A stretch of DNA of 64,000 nt from Anaerolineae bacterium (GTDB lineage Bacteria > Chloroflexota > Anaerolineae > DTLA01): positions 6,661-70,660 of the forward strand of contig JARYMK010000001.1 in the NCBI GenBank assembly GCA_029907165.1. The letters are read 5' to 3'. The notes beneath the pieces are model-generated. The model was not told the DNA's origin. It did not search any database and was given only the letters and a program-made list of their open reading frames with translations. The position numbers were made by a program, and so were the translations under genes. How positions within the stretch are numbered: position 1 is the first letter of the stretch; the number at the start of each line of letters is the position of its first letter. Shown one piece after another: positions 52,293-61,809 of this stretch.

Positions 52293-54062
52293 CTAGCGCT
52301 TGCGCCTCGCCATCCTCACTACGCCCGCGACGGCCAGCGCGGCGATCAGCGCAAACGCCCCCAGCGGCACGTAGGGGAACGCGGGCGTCGGCGCGGCGCG
52401 TACCACAAACGCATCAATGCCGCACTTTGCGCCCGTGGCCGCGGGGTTCGTTTGCTCCGCCACCGTCAGCGTCAGCGTATGCGGGCCGTTCCCTGCGCCC
52501 TTGACGACCTGGGTTTCCGTCCACAGGTCACCATTGCTGTGCAGGTCCACGTACGAGCGCCCCTGCTCGTCCACCAGAAGCCCGGGCACGTTGCGCCCGT
52601 CCAGCGCCACCAGCAGCCGCCCCGCGTAGGGCGCTTTGTGCACCACCAGGTTGACAATCTGGCCGGTGAACGAGAAGGTGAGCGACGCGCCAGCCTGCGA
52701 CGCCTCTAGGTAGCCGCCCCCGCTCACCTGCGGCGCGAGGATGCGCTCCCACCCGCCCGAATGCGTTACCGCGGGGCTGGTCTCCTCGTGGGTACCCGGC
52801 CCGGCGGGGGGCATGGCCGCGGCGGCCTCCTTGATGGCGTAGTACAGGCGGCGGGGGGTGAAGTCGGGGTCCACCATGCGGAAGTAGTAGGCCGCCTCGT
52901 CCGCCGGGTACTGCCCCACCTGGCGGAAGTACCAGATGCAGAAGACGCCCGCCCACGGCCACCGCTGCCGCGCTATCTCAATCCCGCGCACCGTGTACTG
53001 CGCCTGCGTCTCCTCATCCACCCGCCCCCAAATGAGCGCACCCTTGGGGAACGACTCGGGTGCGGCGTTCCAGCCGTACTCGTTGAACCACACCGCCTTG
53101 CGCGTGTCGCCGTACTTTTCCATGATTTGCCGCAGGAGCACGACGCGGGAGAAGTTGAGTTTGTTCGGGTCGGGCGGGTCCTCCGGCGGCAGGCTCATCC
53201 CGAAGGCGTTGGCCGAGAGGATGTCAAAGTAGTCCTTGGCGCCCGCCTTGTACATCTCTTCCAGGAACTGGAGGTCGCTCATGGAGCGCCACTTGCCGGG
53301 CTCCGGGTGCGGCTCGCCCAGCGTGATGGCCAGCGGCGCGCTGAGGACTACGATGTTCGGGTCGGCCTCCTTCGCCCGCAGATAGGCGATCTTCAGCAGT
53401 TCCACGTATGCCGCCGGGTCCACAGGCCGCTCGCCCCATTCGGGGTAGATGTTCGGCTCGTTCCAAATCTGGATATAGTGGATGCGGCCCTTGAAGTGGC
53501 GGACGAATTCGTACACGAAGTTGCCGTAGTCGGCGAAGTTGTCGGGTGGGCGCTCCTTGTGGGTGTTGTCCTGGCGCGTCCAGTCGGGCGGACGGTCCAG
53601 GCGGGCGATGACCTCCATGCCGTACTGGCGAAACAGGTCCACGATTTGGTCGTACTTGCCCCAACTGCTCTCGCCGGTAGCGGGGATGCGGAAATCGCCT
53701 TTGCGCGGCTCAATCTCCTCCCAGGCGAACTGCTGCTTGGCCCAGCGGATGCCGGCGGCGGCTGCCATCTGAACGGTCTTCTCGCGCTTCCACAGTTCCA
53801 CCTCGCGGGCGAGGAAGAAGTTGGCGCCGTAGGGGTTCACGTCGGTGTTGTGAACCTCGCGCGGCGGCGTCGGCTGCACGCCGGACGAGCGCAGAGCCTG
53901 GCGGTAGTCGTCCAGGGTGCGGCCCACGCCCGCCAGTGCGCCCAGGAGCACGGCCACCAGCAGCACTATCGTGAGAATCTTCCGGCCGGGGAAGCGCAAT
54001 CCTACCTCCAGCGAATCGGTCAGCGTGTGGCGGATTATACCGCTCGCATCCTGCTTTGTCAA
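52293..54062 (-). CDS. Clan GH-A glycoside hydrolase (GH5/GH39-like) with an N-terminal signal-anchor and a C-terminal TM/basic tail.
   Basis: IHYIQIWNEPN is the NEP acid/base motif of clan GH-A. The N-terminal TM is ILTIVLLVAVLLGALAGV and the C-terminus is …FPYVPLGAFALIAALAVAGVVRMARRKR. Confidence 0.65.
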   Translation of the reverse strand: MTKQDASGIIRHTLTDSLEVGLRFPGRKILTIVLLVAVLLGALAGVGRTLDDYRQALRSSGVQPTPPREVHNTDVNPYGANFFLAREVELWKREKTVQMAAAAGIRWAKQQFAWEEIEPRKGDFRIPATGESSWGKYDQIVDLFRQYGMEVIARLDRPPDWTRQDNTHKERPPDNFADYGNFVYEFVRHFKGRIHYIQIWNEPNIYPEWGERPVDPAAYVELLKIAYLRAKEADPNIVVLSAPLAITLGEPHPEPGKWRSMSDLQFLEEMYKAGAKDYFDILSANAFGMSLPPEDPPDPNKLNFSRVVLLRQIMEKYGDTRKAVWFNEYGWNAAPESFPKGALIWGRVDEETQAQYTVRGIEIARQRWPWAGVFCIWYFRQVGQYPADEAAYYFRMVDPDFTPRRLYYAIKEAAAAMPPAGPGTHEETSPAVTHSGGWERILAPQVSGGGYLEASQAGASLTFSFTGQIVNLVVHKAPYAGRLLVALDGRNVPGLLVDEQGRSYVDLHSNGDLWTETQVVKGAGNGPHTLTLTVAEQTNPAATGAKCGIDAFVVRAAPTPAFPYVPLGAFALIAALAVAGVVRMARRKR

Positions 54063-54084
54063 CGGCTGTCCTTGCCGCTATAAT
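54056..54084 (+). promoter_or_regulatory. Sigma-70-type promoter TTGTCA-17-TATAAT upstream of the CCA-enzyme gene.
   Basis: An exact -10 sits with 17-nt spacing from a -35-like hexamer. The ATG lies 24 nt downstream. Confidence 0.55.
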
Positions 54085-54107
54085 CCGAGGCAGGGGATTG
54101 GGTTCGG

Positions 54108-56711
54108 ATGGAGATCATCGCAACGCACGAGAACACGGATTTTGACGCGCTGGCGTCGCTGTTGGCGGCGTCCAAACTATACCCGCACGCCACGCCCGTC
54201 CTCCCACGTCGGCTGAACCGCAACGTGCAGGATTTCGTTACGCTGTACTGGGAGCAACTGCCGTTCTGGCACGCCGAGGACTTGCCGCGGAAGCCCATCA
54301 CGCGCCTCATCCTCGTGGACACCCAGACGATTCCCACGCTCAAGGGCATGGGCAAGCACACGCGGATGGAGATCATTGACCATCACCCGCGCAGCGCCGA
54401 CCTGCCCGAGGGCGTTGCGTTCTCGTCGGCCGAAACGGGCGCGACGACGACGCTGCTGGTGGAGCAAATCTCGCAGGCGCTGGTGCCCATCTCGCCCATT
54501 GAGGCGACGCTTCTCCTGCTCGGCATCTACGAGGACACAGGCTCGCTCAGTTACCTGACGACGACGGCCCGCGACGCCAGGGCGGCTGCGTGGCTCTTGG
54601 ACCGCCACGCGAACCTGGAGGTGGCCAACCGCTACCTGCGCTATCCTCTCACCGAGCGGCAGCGTGCCCTCTACGATCAACTGGTGCAGAACAGCGAAAT
54701 CTTTGAGTTCAGCGGGCAGGTGGTAGCCATCGCTACTGCCACCGTGCCGGAGTACGTGGAGGAAATCTCCACGCTGGCCCACAAGTTGCGGGACTTGCTG
54801 GACCCCGACGCGCTGTTCGTCATCGTGCAAATGGACGAGAACGTGCAGATCGTGGCGCGCAGCACGTCCGACGCGGTCAACGTGGCTGACGCGGCGGCGT
54901 TCTTCGGCGGGGGCGGGCATAGCCGAGCCGCAGCCGCCCTTGTCCGTGGACAGAGCGCGGTGGAGGTCAAGGAGGCGCTGGTGGCCTACCTGAAGGAGCG
55001 GGTGATGCCCGCCGTTACTGTGGGCGAGATCATGTCCTACGGCGTCCACACGGTCAGCCCTGACACGACCATCGCCGAGGCCGCCGATCTCATGACGCGC
55101 TACGGCCACGAGGGCTTCCCGGTGGTGGAGCGCGGCAAGGTCATCGGCATCCTGACGCGCCGCGAGGTGGACCGGGCGTTGCACCACAAACTCGGCGGCG
55201 CGCCCGTGCGGCTGTACATGGTGGCGGGCGACGTAACCGTGTCGCCGACCGATCCGGTGGAGAAACTGCGCCAGGTGATGGTGGAGCATCGTGTGGGCCA
55301 GGTGCCGGTAGTGCGCGACGGCGAAGTCATCGGCATCGTAACCCGCACGGACTTGCTGAAACTGTGGGCTGTGCCCCCCAGCCCTCGCCGGGCGGAAATC
55401 GCCGCCAAACTGGCCGAGTCGCTGCCCCCGTCGCTGCTGCGGCTCATCCAGGAGGTGGGACGTGAAGCCGACGAGATGCAGGCATCGGCCTACCTGGTGG
55501 GCGGGTTCGTGCGCGACCTGCTGCTCGGCATCCCCAACTTTGACATAGACTTCGTGGTGGAGGGCGACGCCATTCGCCTGGCGCGCAGGCTGGCGCGACG
55601 CATTGGCGGCAAGGTCCGCGTCCACGCCCAGTTCAAGACAGCCAACTGGCTCCTGGAGGGCATCCCAGACGGCGAGCCGGAGTTCCCGGGCAACATTGAC
55701 TTCGTAACCGCGCGGACCGAGTTCTACGAGGAGCCGACGGTGCTCCCCAAGGTGGAGCGCAGTTCCATCAAGTTGGATTTGCACCGCCGGGATTTCACCA
55801 TCAATACCCTTGCCATCCGGGTGGACCCGGAGCACTTCGGCGAACTGCTGGATTTCTACGGCGGCGAGGCGGACCTGAACCACAAGATCATCCGCGTCTT
55901 GCACAGTCTGAGTTTCGTGGAGGACCCGACGCGGATGCTGCGGGCCGCCCGCTTTGAGACGCGCATGGGCTTCCACATGGAGCCGCGCACCGAGGAGTTG
56001 CTGCGCAACGCGGTGGATTTGCTGGACAAGGTCTCCGGGCCGCGCATTCTCCACGAGTTGCTCCTGATTCTGGAGGAGCAGGCGCCCGAGGCCATCCTGT
56101 GCCGCCTGCAGGAGTTGGGCATCCTGCGCCACATCTCGCCCAGCCTGGTCTGCGACGCATGGCTCCAGGAGCGATTCCGACGCCTGCGCGAACCGACGCC
56201 ACCCTGGGGCGAGAAGCCCGTGGGCGATGGGCTGCGCGACGCCTACCTGGCGCTGCTCACGGCCCGCCTGCCCGAGCGCGAACAGGCCGCCTTCATGGAG
56301 CGGTTCCGGCTCCGCCGCCAACTGGCCGACCTGCTCCTGGCGACGGCGCAGTTGTTGGCGAACGAGCGGCAGCTTGCCCGCCGCGCGATGCGGCCCAGCG
56401 AGGTCTGCCGCATCCTGGACGCCGCGCCTCTGGACGCCGTGAAGTTGCTGTGGTATGCCGCCTCGGCCGAGGCCGTGCAGGAGCGGGTAGCCGATTACGT
56501 CCTGCGCCTGCGCCATGTGCGCCCCGAAATCACCGGCCACGACCTCGAAGCCATGGGGCTGTCGCCGGGGCCGCTGTACAAGAACATCCTGGCGGCGGTG
56601 CTGGCGGCCCGCCTGGACGGCGAGGTGAGCACCCGCGAGGAGGAGAAGGCGCTGGTGCAGCGCATCCTGGCCGAGGGGCGCGAGTTGCCCGCTGCCTGGC
56701 CGCGCCGATAG
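54108..56711 (+). CDS. Multidomain tRNA nucleotidyltransferase (CCA-adding)/poly(A) polymerase-family enzyme with N-terminal DHH/DHHA1 phosphoesterase and tandem CBS domains.
   Basis: The DHH motif (LILVDTQTIP…IIDHHP), GGGGH (DHHA1), two CBS domains, and the PolA head motif LVGGFVRDLLLG…DIDFVV with the RxxRF tRNA-NT region are present. Length is 867 aa. Confidence 0.8.
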   Translation: MEIIATHENTDFDALASLLAASKLYPHATPVLPRRLNRNVQDFVTLYWEQLPFWHAEDLPRKPITRLILVDTQTIPTLKGMGKHTRMEIIDHHPRSADLPEGVAFSSAETGATTTLLVEQISQALVPISPIEATLLLLGIYEDTGSLSYLTTTARDARAAAWLLDRHANLEVANRYLRYPLTERQRALYDQLVQNSEIFEFSGQVVAIATATVPEYVEEISTLAHKLRDLLDPDALFVIVQMDENVQIVARSTSDAVNVADAAAFFGGGGHSRAAAALVRGQSAVEVKEALVAYLKERVMPAVTVGEIMSYGVHTVSPDTTIAEAADLMTRYGHEGFPVVERGKVIGILTRREVDRALHHKLGGAPVRLYMVAGDVTVSPTDPVEKLRQVMVEHRVGQVPVVRDGEVIGIVTRTDLLKLWAVPPSPRRAEIAAKLAESLPPSLLRLIQEVGREADEMQASAYLVGGFVRDLLLGIPNFDIDFVVEGDAIRLARRLARRIGGKVRVHAQFKTANWLLEGIPDGEPEFPGNIDFVTARTEFYEEPTVLPKVERSSIKLDLHRRDFTINTLAIRVDPEHFGELLDFYGGEADLNHKIIRVLHSLSFVEDPTRMLRAARFETRMGFHMEPRTEELLRNAVDLLDKVSGPRILHELLLILEEQAPEAILCRLQELGILRHISPSLVCDAWLQERFRRLREPTPPWGEKPVGDGLRDAYLALLTARLPEREQAAFMERFRLRRQLADLLLATAQLLANERQLARRAMRPSEVCRILDAAPLDAVKLLWYAASAEAVQERVADYVLRLRHVRPEITGHDLEAMGLSPGPLYKNILAAVLAARLDGEVSTREEEKALVQRILAEGRELPAAWPRR

Positions 56712-56743
56712 GGCATCATCCCCATCCCATTCGGAGAGAAGCC

Positions 56744-57058
56744 ATGAAGCCGATGGTTGCATTCGTTACCGCCGCGAGCACCGACGAAGCCACGCGCATC
56801 GCCCAGGCCCTCGTGGAGGAGCGCCTGGCAGCGTGCGTGAACATCGTCGCGCCCATCGCCTCGGTGTACCGATGGGAAGGACGGGTGCAGCAGGACGCCG
56901 AGGTGTTGCTGCTCATCAAGACCACCGACGCGCGCTTGCCCGACCTCATCCAGCGCGTCAAGGCGCTGCATTCGTACCAGGTGCCCGAAGTCATTGCCCT
57001 GCCCATCGCGGACGGAAGCCCCGACTATCTGCGGTGGCTTGTGGACGAGACGCGATAG
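56744..57058 (+). CDS. cutA: Divalent-cation tolerance protein CutA.
   Basis: VTAASTDEATRIAQALVEERLAACVNIV…SVYRWEGRV…YQVPEVIALPI is the CutA1 signature. Confidence 0.8.
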   Translation: MKPMVAFVTAASTDEATRIAQALVEERLAACVNIVAPIASVYRWEGRVQQDAEVLLLIKTTDARLPDLIQRVKALHSYQVPEVIALPIADGSPDYLRWLVDETR

Positions 57059-57110
57059 GCGCTCGCGGCCGCTGAGTCAAGAACACCATACGCAGAGGAG
57101 ACACAATCGC

Positions 57111-58085
57111 ATGAAGCCGCACGTGACAGAAGATAGGAGCACGAAGCGCGTCCTGGTAACAGGCGGGGCGGGGTTCATCGGCTCCCACGTGGTGGACCTG
57201 CTGCTGGAGCAGGGGCACCGCGTGGCCGTCGTGGACAACCTGAGTACGGGCCGCCGCGAGAACGTGAACCCCCAGGCCGAGTTCTTCCTGGCGGACATCG
57301 GTTCGCCCGACCTGGCGGCGGTATTTGATGCCGTGCGCCCGCAGGCGGTGGTGCACCTGGCCGCGCAGGCGTCGGTTTCCGTCTCCGTGGCCGACCCCAT
57401 CCGCGACGCCACCGCCAACATCCTAGGCTCCGTGAACCTGCTCCAGCAGTGCGTGCGGACCGGCGTGGAAAAGTTCGTGTATGTGTCCACAGGGGGCGCG
57501 CTGTACGGCGAGCCGCAGTACCTGCCGTGCGACGAGAATCACCCCATCAACCCGCTGTCGCCCTACGGCGTGAGCAAGCACACAGTGGAACACTACCTAT
57601 ACTTCTACCGGCAGGTGCACGGCCTTGCCTACACGGTGCTCCGCCTGGCCAACGTGTACGGCCCCCGGCAGGACCCCTTTGGGGAGGCAGGGGTCGTCGC
57701 CATCTTCACCCAGCGGATGCTGGATGGCGAGCAGGTGGTCATCTACGGGAGCGGCGAGCAGGAGCGGGATTTCGTGTTCGTGGTGGATTGCGCCCGCGCG
57801 GCGGTGCTGGCCCTGTGGCGCGGCGACGGCGAAGCGTACAACATCGGCTGCGGTCGGGGGACGACGGTCAACGCGCTGTTTGCCATGATGAAGTCGCTCA
57901 CGGGCTACGCGCGGGAGCCTCGCTACGACCCGCCCCGTCCGGGGGACGTGTTCCGCAGTTTTCTCAACGCCGACAAGGCCCGCCGTGAACTGGGGTGGGA
58001 GCCGTCGGTCTCGCTGGAGGAGGGGCTGCGCCAGACGATTGCCCACTTCCGGCAGGGCGGCCCCACGGGGCACGCAGGGGTGTGA
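57111..58085 (+). CDS. NAD-dependent epimerase/dehydratase (UDP-glucose 4-epimerase-like SDR).
   Basis: VLVTGGAGFIGSH (GxxGxxG) and the YxxxK catalytic motif (SPYGVSKH) are present. Confidence 0.8.
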   Translation: MKPHVTEDRSTKRVLVTGGAGFIGSHVVDLLLEQGHRVAVVDNLSTGRRENVNPQAEFFLADIGSPDLAAVFDAVRPQAVVHLAAQASVSVSVADPIRDATANILGSVNLLQQCVRTGVEKFVYVSTGGALYGEPQYLPCDENHPINPLSPYGVSKHTVEHYLYFYRQVHGLAYTVLRLANVYGPRQDPFGEAGVVAIFTQRMLDGEQVVIYGSGEQERDFVFVVDCARAAVLALWRGDGEAYNIGCGRGTTVNALFAMMKSLTGYAREPRYDPPRPGDVFRSFLNADKARRELGWEPSVSLEEGLRQTIAHFRQGGPTGHAGV

Positions 58086-58282
58086 GGGCATCCCGATTTG
58101 GCTTCACCTTTGCTGGTGACCGTGTACTGCGACGATTCCGCAACTGTGAGCCACGCAGCGGCGCAGAATCTCGCTAGAGCGATGCTTTGCTGCCACTTTC
58201 CTTATACTCGGGGTGCTGGTCAGCATGGCGACACGGGTGTAGTTACCAAGAACCCTTGAACCGAGTCGTGCACCCCTGGCCC

Positions 58283-58675
58283 TTATGGCCGCTGCGCGTT
58301 CCGTCGGAGACCTGCAAGCGTTCGCTTCGCAAGTTCGCGCACAAGGCGCGAGGGGTGGCGCGTCATGGCTCGCAACACGGTCTCGCTGTCCGCGCCGCCG
58401 ATGAGGGTCAGCGCCTCCACGACGGCCTGCGCTTCGTGGAAATCCTCCGTCGCCAGGGCAACGCGCCGCAGCGACGGCACCGCCTTGCGACTGCGCAGGC
58501 GGCCCAGGGCGACGATGGCGATCATGCGGTTCTCGCGGACAGGGTGGCCCAGCGCCAAAAGGAGTTTGTCCTCATAGGATAGGCGGTCGTATTCGGCCAA
58601 CTCGTACCCACAGTGTGAGCAGTGGGTGGCCTTCTCCTCCACGTCCTGCCAGCAGTTCGGACAGAAGTAAATCAT
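58283..58675 (-). CDS. Zinc-ribbon plus HEAT/PBS-lyase-repeat protein, uncharacterized.
   Basis: The N-terminus is CPNCWQDV…CSHCGYEL. It is followed by HEAT-like repeats (…AIVALGRL…AVPSLRRVAL…). Confidence 0.5.
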   Translation of the reverse strand: MIYFCPNCWQDVEEKATHCSHCGYELAEYDRLSYEDKLLLALGHPVRENRMIAIVALGRLRSRKAVPSLRRVALATEDFHEAQAVVEALTLIGGADSETVLRAMTRHPSRLVRELAKRTLAGLRRNAQRP

Positions 58676-58687
58676 GGGCTTCCCCCG

Positions 58688-59125
58688 CTACGTCTCGGCT
58701 CCGAAAAGCGCCGCCAGACGAAGCGCGTGTTCGGCCAGCGCGTCCAGGCGGGGGTCTAGCCAATCCTCCAGCGCGTTGTCCACAGCGCCGTACCGCGCCA
58801 GCCTCGGAGTCTTCACATCGGAGAGGTCGGCCCAACTCACGCTCATGAACGCCGAGGCCGCGGCCTCAATCGGCTCGTCGGCGGGCTGCGCCTCCAAGTG
58901 CTGCGCCAAATCTGCGATCGCCCGCAGGGCAGCGGCGATTTCGGCCCGAATTTCGGCTACCCTCTCCGAGGGCAGGTGGCGCGTGTAGCGGTAGAGAACG
59001 CCCTCGGGGAGAGCCTCGGCCAGCCATGCGTCGGCTTGCCGCAACCGTTCCTCAAACAGGCGGAGCGTAAGGATCACAGACTGATATTGCGATGCATTCA
59101 AGCCCTTGCGGGTGGTTTCAGCCAT
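58688..59125 (-). CDS. Hypothetical protein (145 aa, alpha-helical).
   Basis: The ORF has no recognizable motif. It is tightly spaced between neighbouring genes on the same strand. Confidence 0.4.
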   Translation of the reverse strand: MAETTRKGLNASQYQSVILTLRLFEERLRQADAWLAEALPEGVLYRYTRHLPSERVAEIRAEIAAALRAIADLAQHLEAQPADEPIEAAASAFMSVSWADLSDVKTPRLARYGAVDNALEDWLDPRLDALAEHALRLAALFGAET

Positions 59126-59131
59126 GGTATC

Positions 59132-59992
59132 TTATCCTGGGTCAGCATTTCCACCGTCGGGAGCGCACGGAGCAGATGGCGTGGTCATCTCTCGCCCACC
59201 GAAGAACTCCGCCGCCTTCCGGGGCGCATCGGCTTCGCCGCTCGTCAGCGGCTCGTCGCGGTACTGCCAAGCCTGCTTGCGGATGTAAGCGCCTAGATTG
59301 GCGACCAACGTCTCAAGCCTACCGGTCGCCTCGTCCGCCAGAAAGCGAGCGGTGTCCGGGTCATGCGTGGCCGCGAGGCGAAGGGCCTGGCGCAGGTGTG
59401 CGAGGCACAGCCCGTCCGACGCGGTGTATAGCGCGCGAAAGTCGGGCGCGTCGCACAGGCTGACCAGGGCGCGGACAACGGTCTCCTCCTCGTGAGCGGC
59501 GTGAGCGCACATCCGGCACTCGCCGACAGGGCGCAGTGGATCCAAAGCGCCCGGATGCCTGATCAGCGAGCCGACGACGAGGCGAAAACGGCCCCACGCG
59601 CGCCGCCACCAAACGTTGGGACGCGAGGCCGAAGTCGGCAAGCCCCGGCGGAATGCCACCAGGTCATCTCGCACACGCTCGGCCAGGTCTTCATAGAGGA
59701 TGCTGTTCCCCAGCGCGTCCCCGAAGCGAGTTGTCTCTGTGTGGTACAGGAGCCACGTGTGTTCGGGGCAGAAGCCCAGGCCATGCACGATGTAGGCTCG
59801 TGCGTCGCCGTCGTTCACGTTCTCGGCCAGAAGGAATCGCACGTAGCGATGCACGGTCTCCTCCTTGAGCCGACACACCGCGCACCCCTGGAGGCGGAGG
59901 GCCCGCTTCAGGTCCGCCGAAATCATGCTGAACCGACCTGTGGAAACCGCCTGCGGCTCGCCAATGGCTTGTTCTTGTGGCATCAAGGTCAA
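59132..59992 (-). CDS. Uncharacterized Cys-rich repeat protein (2x CxxC…CxxH modules), paralog of the next gene.
   Basis: The modules are CAVCRLKEE…GFCPEHTW and CRMCAHAAHEE…GLCLAHLRQ. The C-terminal tail …YIRKQAWQYRDEPL…AAEFFGG is shared with the upstream paralog. Confidence 0.5.
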   Translation of the reverse strand: MTLMPQEQAIGEPQAVSTGRFSMISADLKRALRLQGCAVCRLKEETVHRYVRFLLAENVNDGDARAYIVHGLGFCPEHTWLLYHTETTRFGDALGNSILYEDLAERVRDDLVAFRRGLPTSASRPNVWWRRAWGRFRLVVGSLIRHPGALDPLRPVGECRMCAHAAHEEETVVRALVSLCDAPDFRALYTASDGLCLAHLRQALRLAATHDPDTARFLADEATGRLETLVANLGAYIRKQAWQYRDEPLTSGEADAPRKAAEFFGGREMTTPSAPCAPDGGNADPG

Positions 59993-60044
59993 AGGACTCC
60001 TGTATGATAAGGTGAGTCAGTCGCCTGCACTCTAGGCTCTGCTC

Positions 60045-61241
60045 TCACCCGTTCACTCTCTCGCCGCCGAAGAAGACCAATGCGCGCAGCCACGAGTCCT
60101 TCTCCTTCCCCAGAGGCTCGTCGGAGAAGCGGTAATCGTGCTTGCGGATGAGTTCGCCCAGGTCGCGCACCAGCGGGCCCATGCGGGCGGCGATGGCCGC
60201 TGTCCAGGTGCGGGCTTCAGGAGGCGTGGACGTCTCCAGCGCGAGGCGGGCGTGGGGAAGGCAGGCACGCTCGCGGGCCTCGTCGCCCGCGGTTTCCAGT
60301 GCCGCCCAGGCTGCGTTGTGGGCATGGTCGCACATCGGGCAGTCGTACGGTTCGGACTCGCTCGCGGCGAGGGTCTGCTTCACCAGATCGTAGGCGAATT
60401 CGCTCCCATGGCGGTGGAGCGTCCACAGGGTGGCTTGGCCCTGGTGAGTTGGGCATAGCCGCAGCCAGATTCTGGCCAGGTCCTCGGGCGTGATGGCCTG
60501 CAAGAATTCCTGTTCGGCCATCGCCTCGGCATGGCAGCCTGGGCATTGCATCTCCAGGCGCGTGCTGGCTGTGATGTCGGCAGCGCCGCACTGACACAGC
60601 AGCAGATTGGCGATGGCATCAGAGTTATCCCGTTGGGCTTGCCGGGCCGCAGCGGTAGCGATCACGCGCCTGGCTTCTCCGCTGCGCGCGGTATGAATCG
60701 TCCGTTCCGCGTGCGCCAGGCACAGGCCATGGGATACGCCGTACCGTTCCCGCAGCGCGGGCGAGGCGTCCAGCCCTGCGACGAGCGCGCCCAGGTACGT
60801 GCGCTCGCGCTCCTCGGATTGCTCGCACAGCCAGCAGGGCTTTGTGGGCGACAACAGGCGCAGCACCCGATGGTTCTCTCGCGCGAACAGCCGTGCATAC
60901 AGCGGCGCGGGCCTGCTCACGCCCTCAAGGACGGTTTGCGCGAAATCGCGGTACAGGATGGCGATTCCTAGCGGTCCCACCCAGGGGTGATTGACCGCCT
61001 GCCTCACGGCGCGGGTGTGCGTCGCGCAGAAGCCCAGCGAGTCCCGAAGCCGCTTGCGGACGTGGGGCGAGTTGACGTTTTCCCAGAACAGGCTGAACAG
61101 GAACCGTTCCTCGGCGCGCCGCATCAGCCCGCAGATTGGACAGGGAGGCTGGCGCATGGCTTCCATGAGGTTGTAGGCGATGATGTCGGCCGGTGTAGGG
61201 AACCAGCGTTCATCGCCCTGGATAACCCTACGCCTCTCCAT
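60045..61241 (-). CDS. Uncharacterized Cys-rich repeat protein (4x CxxC…CxxH modules).
   Basis: The modules are CPICGLMRRAEERF…GFCATHTR; CWLCEQSEERE…GLCLAHAER; CPGCHAEAMAE…RLCPTHQG; CPMCDHAHNAA…ACLPHARL. The C-terminus is …LIRKHDYRFSDEPL…ALVFFGG. The start at MERRRV (61241) is preferred over 61307, to avoid overlap with the upstream gene. Confidence 0.5.
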   Translation of the reverse strand: MERRRVIQGDERWFPTPADIIAYNLMEAMRQPPCPICGLMRRAEERFLFSLFWENVNSPHVRKRLRDSLGFCATHTRAVRQAVNHPWVGPLGIAILYRDFAQTVLEGVSRPAPLYARLFARENHRVLRLLSPTKPCWLCEQSEERERTYLGALVAGLDASPALRERYGVSHGLCLAHAERTIHTARSGEARRVIATAAARQAQRDNSDAIANLLLCQCGAADITASTRLEMQCPGCHAEAMAEQEFLQAITPEDLARIWLRLCPTHQGQATLWTLHRHGSEFAYDLVKQTLAASESEPYDCPMCDHAHNAAWAALETAGDEARERACLPHARLALETSTPPEARTWTAAIAARMGPLVRDLGELIRKHDYRFSDEPLGKEKDSWLRALVFFGGERVNG

Positions 61242-61809
61242 CGGACCTCCCCAAGCCCAGCCGCCGGAGGATGCGGCGCACCAGTCCGGCCGGCCTCTGC
61301 GCGGCATGGACCTCGCGCAGTGTCGTAGGCGCGGGCTCCACCACCCCCGGAATGCGACGTGCGGTGCCCCCGCCGCGCCCGCTTTTCAGGGCTGCGATCT
61401 CCTCGTTGAGCCTCTGGATGTGGCCCTCCAGAGCGTGGATAGTGTTGCGCAGGGCCGCGTTCTGGATCTCCAGCGTCTGGTTGTCCTTCATGAGGTGGAA
61501 CGCTCTGTACTTCATCACCGCGTACAGGGAATCCAACTGCATGAGGCGATCCGAAAGGCCGCCAGGCGTGTCCAGCGACGCCAGGCTGTCGTCGGAGATG
61601 ACCTGGTCGGTCTTGATTTTGGCAAGCCCCAGCGTCAGCGCGATGCGCAGCCCCTCTTCTTCGGTCCAGCCGTTTGCGGCGAAGACCTGCTTGGCCTCCT
61701 CCAGCGTCTCGCGCAGGATGGATATGGCAACTTGAATCACCTCTGCGCCCCGGAAGAAGTCGCGCTCCATTTCCTCTGTGGACAGCTCATGCTCGTCCAT
61801 GTGAATCAC
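61228..61809 (-). CDS. Hypothetical coiled-coil protein (193 aa), first gene of the Cys-rich cluster.
   Basis: The N-terminal helical domain is followed by a heptad-rich segment (LEIQNAALRNTIHALEGHIQRLNEEIAALK) and a basic C-terminus. Confidence 0.4.
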   Translation of the reverse strand: MIHMDEHELSTEEMERDFFRGAEVIQVAISILRETLEEAKQVFAANGWTEEEGLRIALTLGLAKIKTDQVISDDSLASLDTPGGLSDRLMQLDSLYAVMKYRAFHLMKDNQTLEIQNAALRNTIHALEGHIQRLNEEIAALKSGRGGGTARRIPGVVEPAPTTLREVHAAQRPAGLVRRILRRLGLGRSDGEA

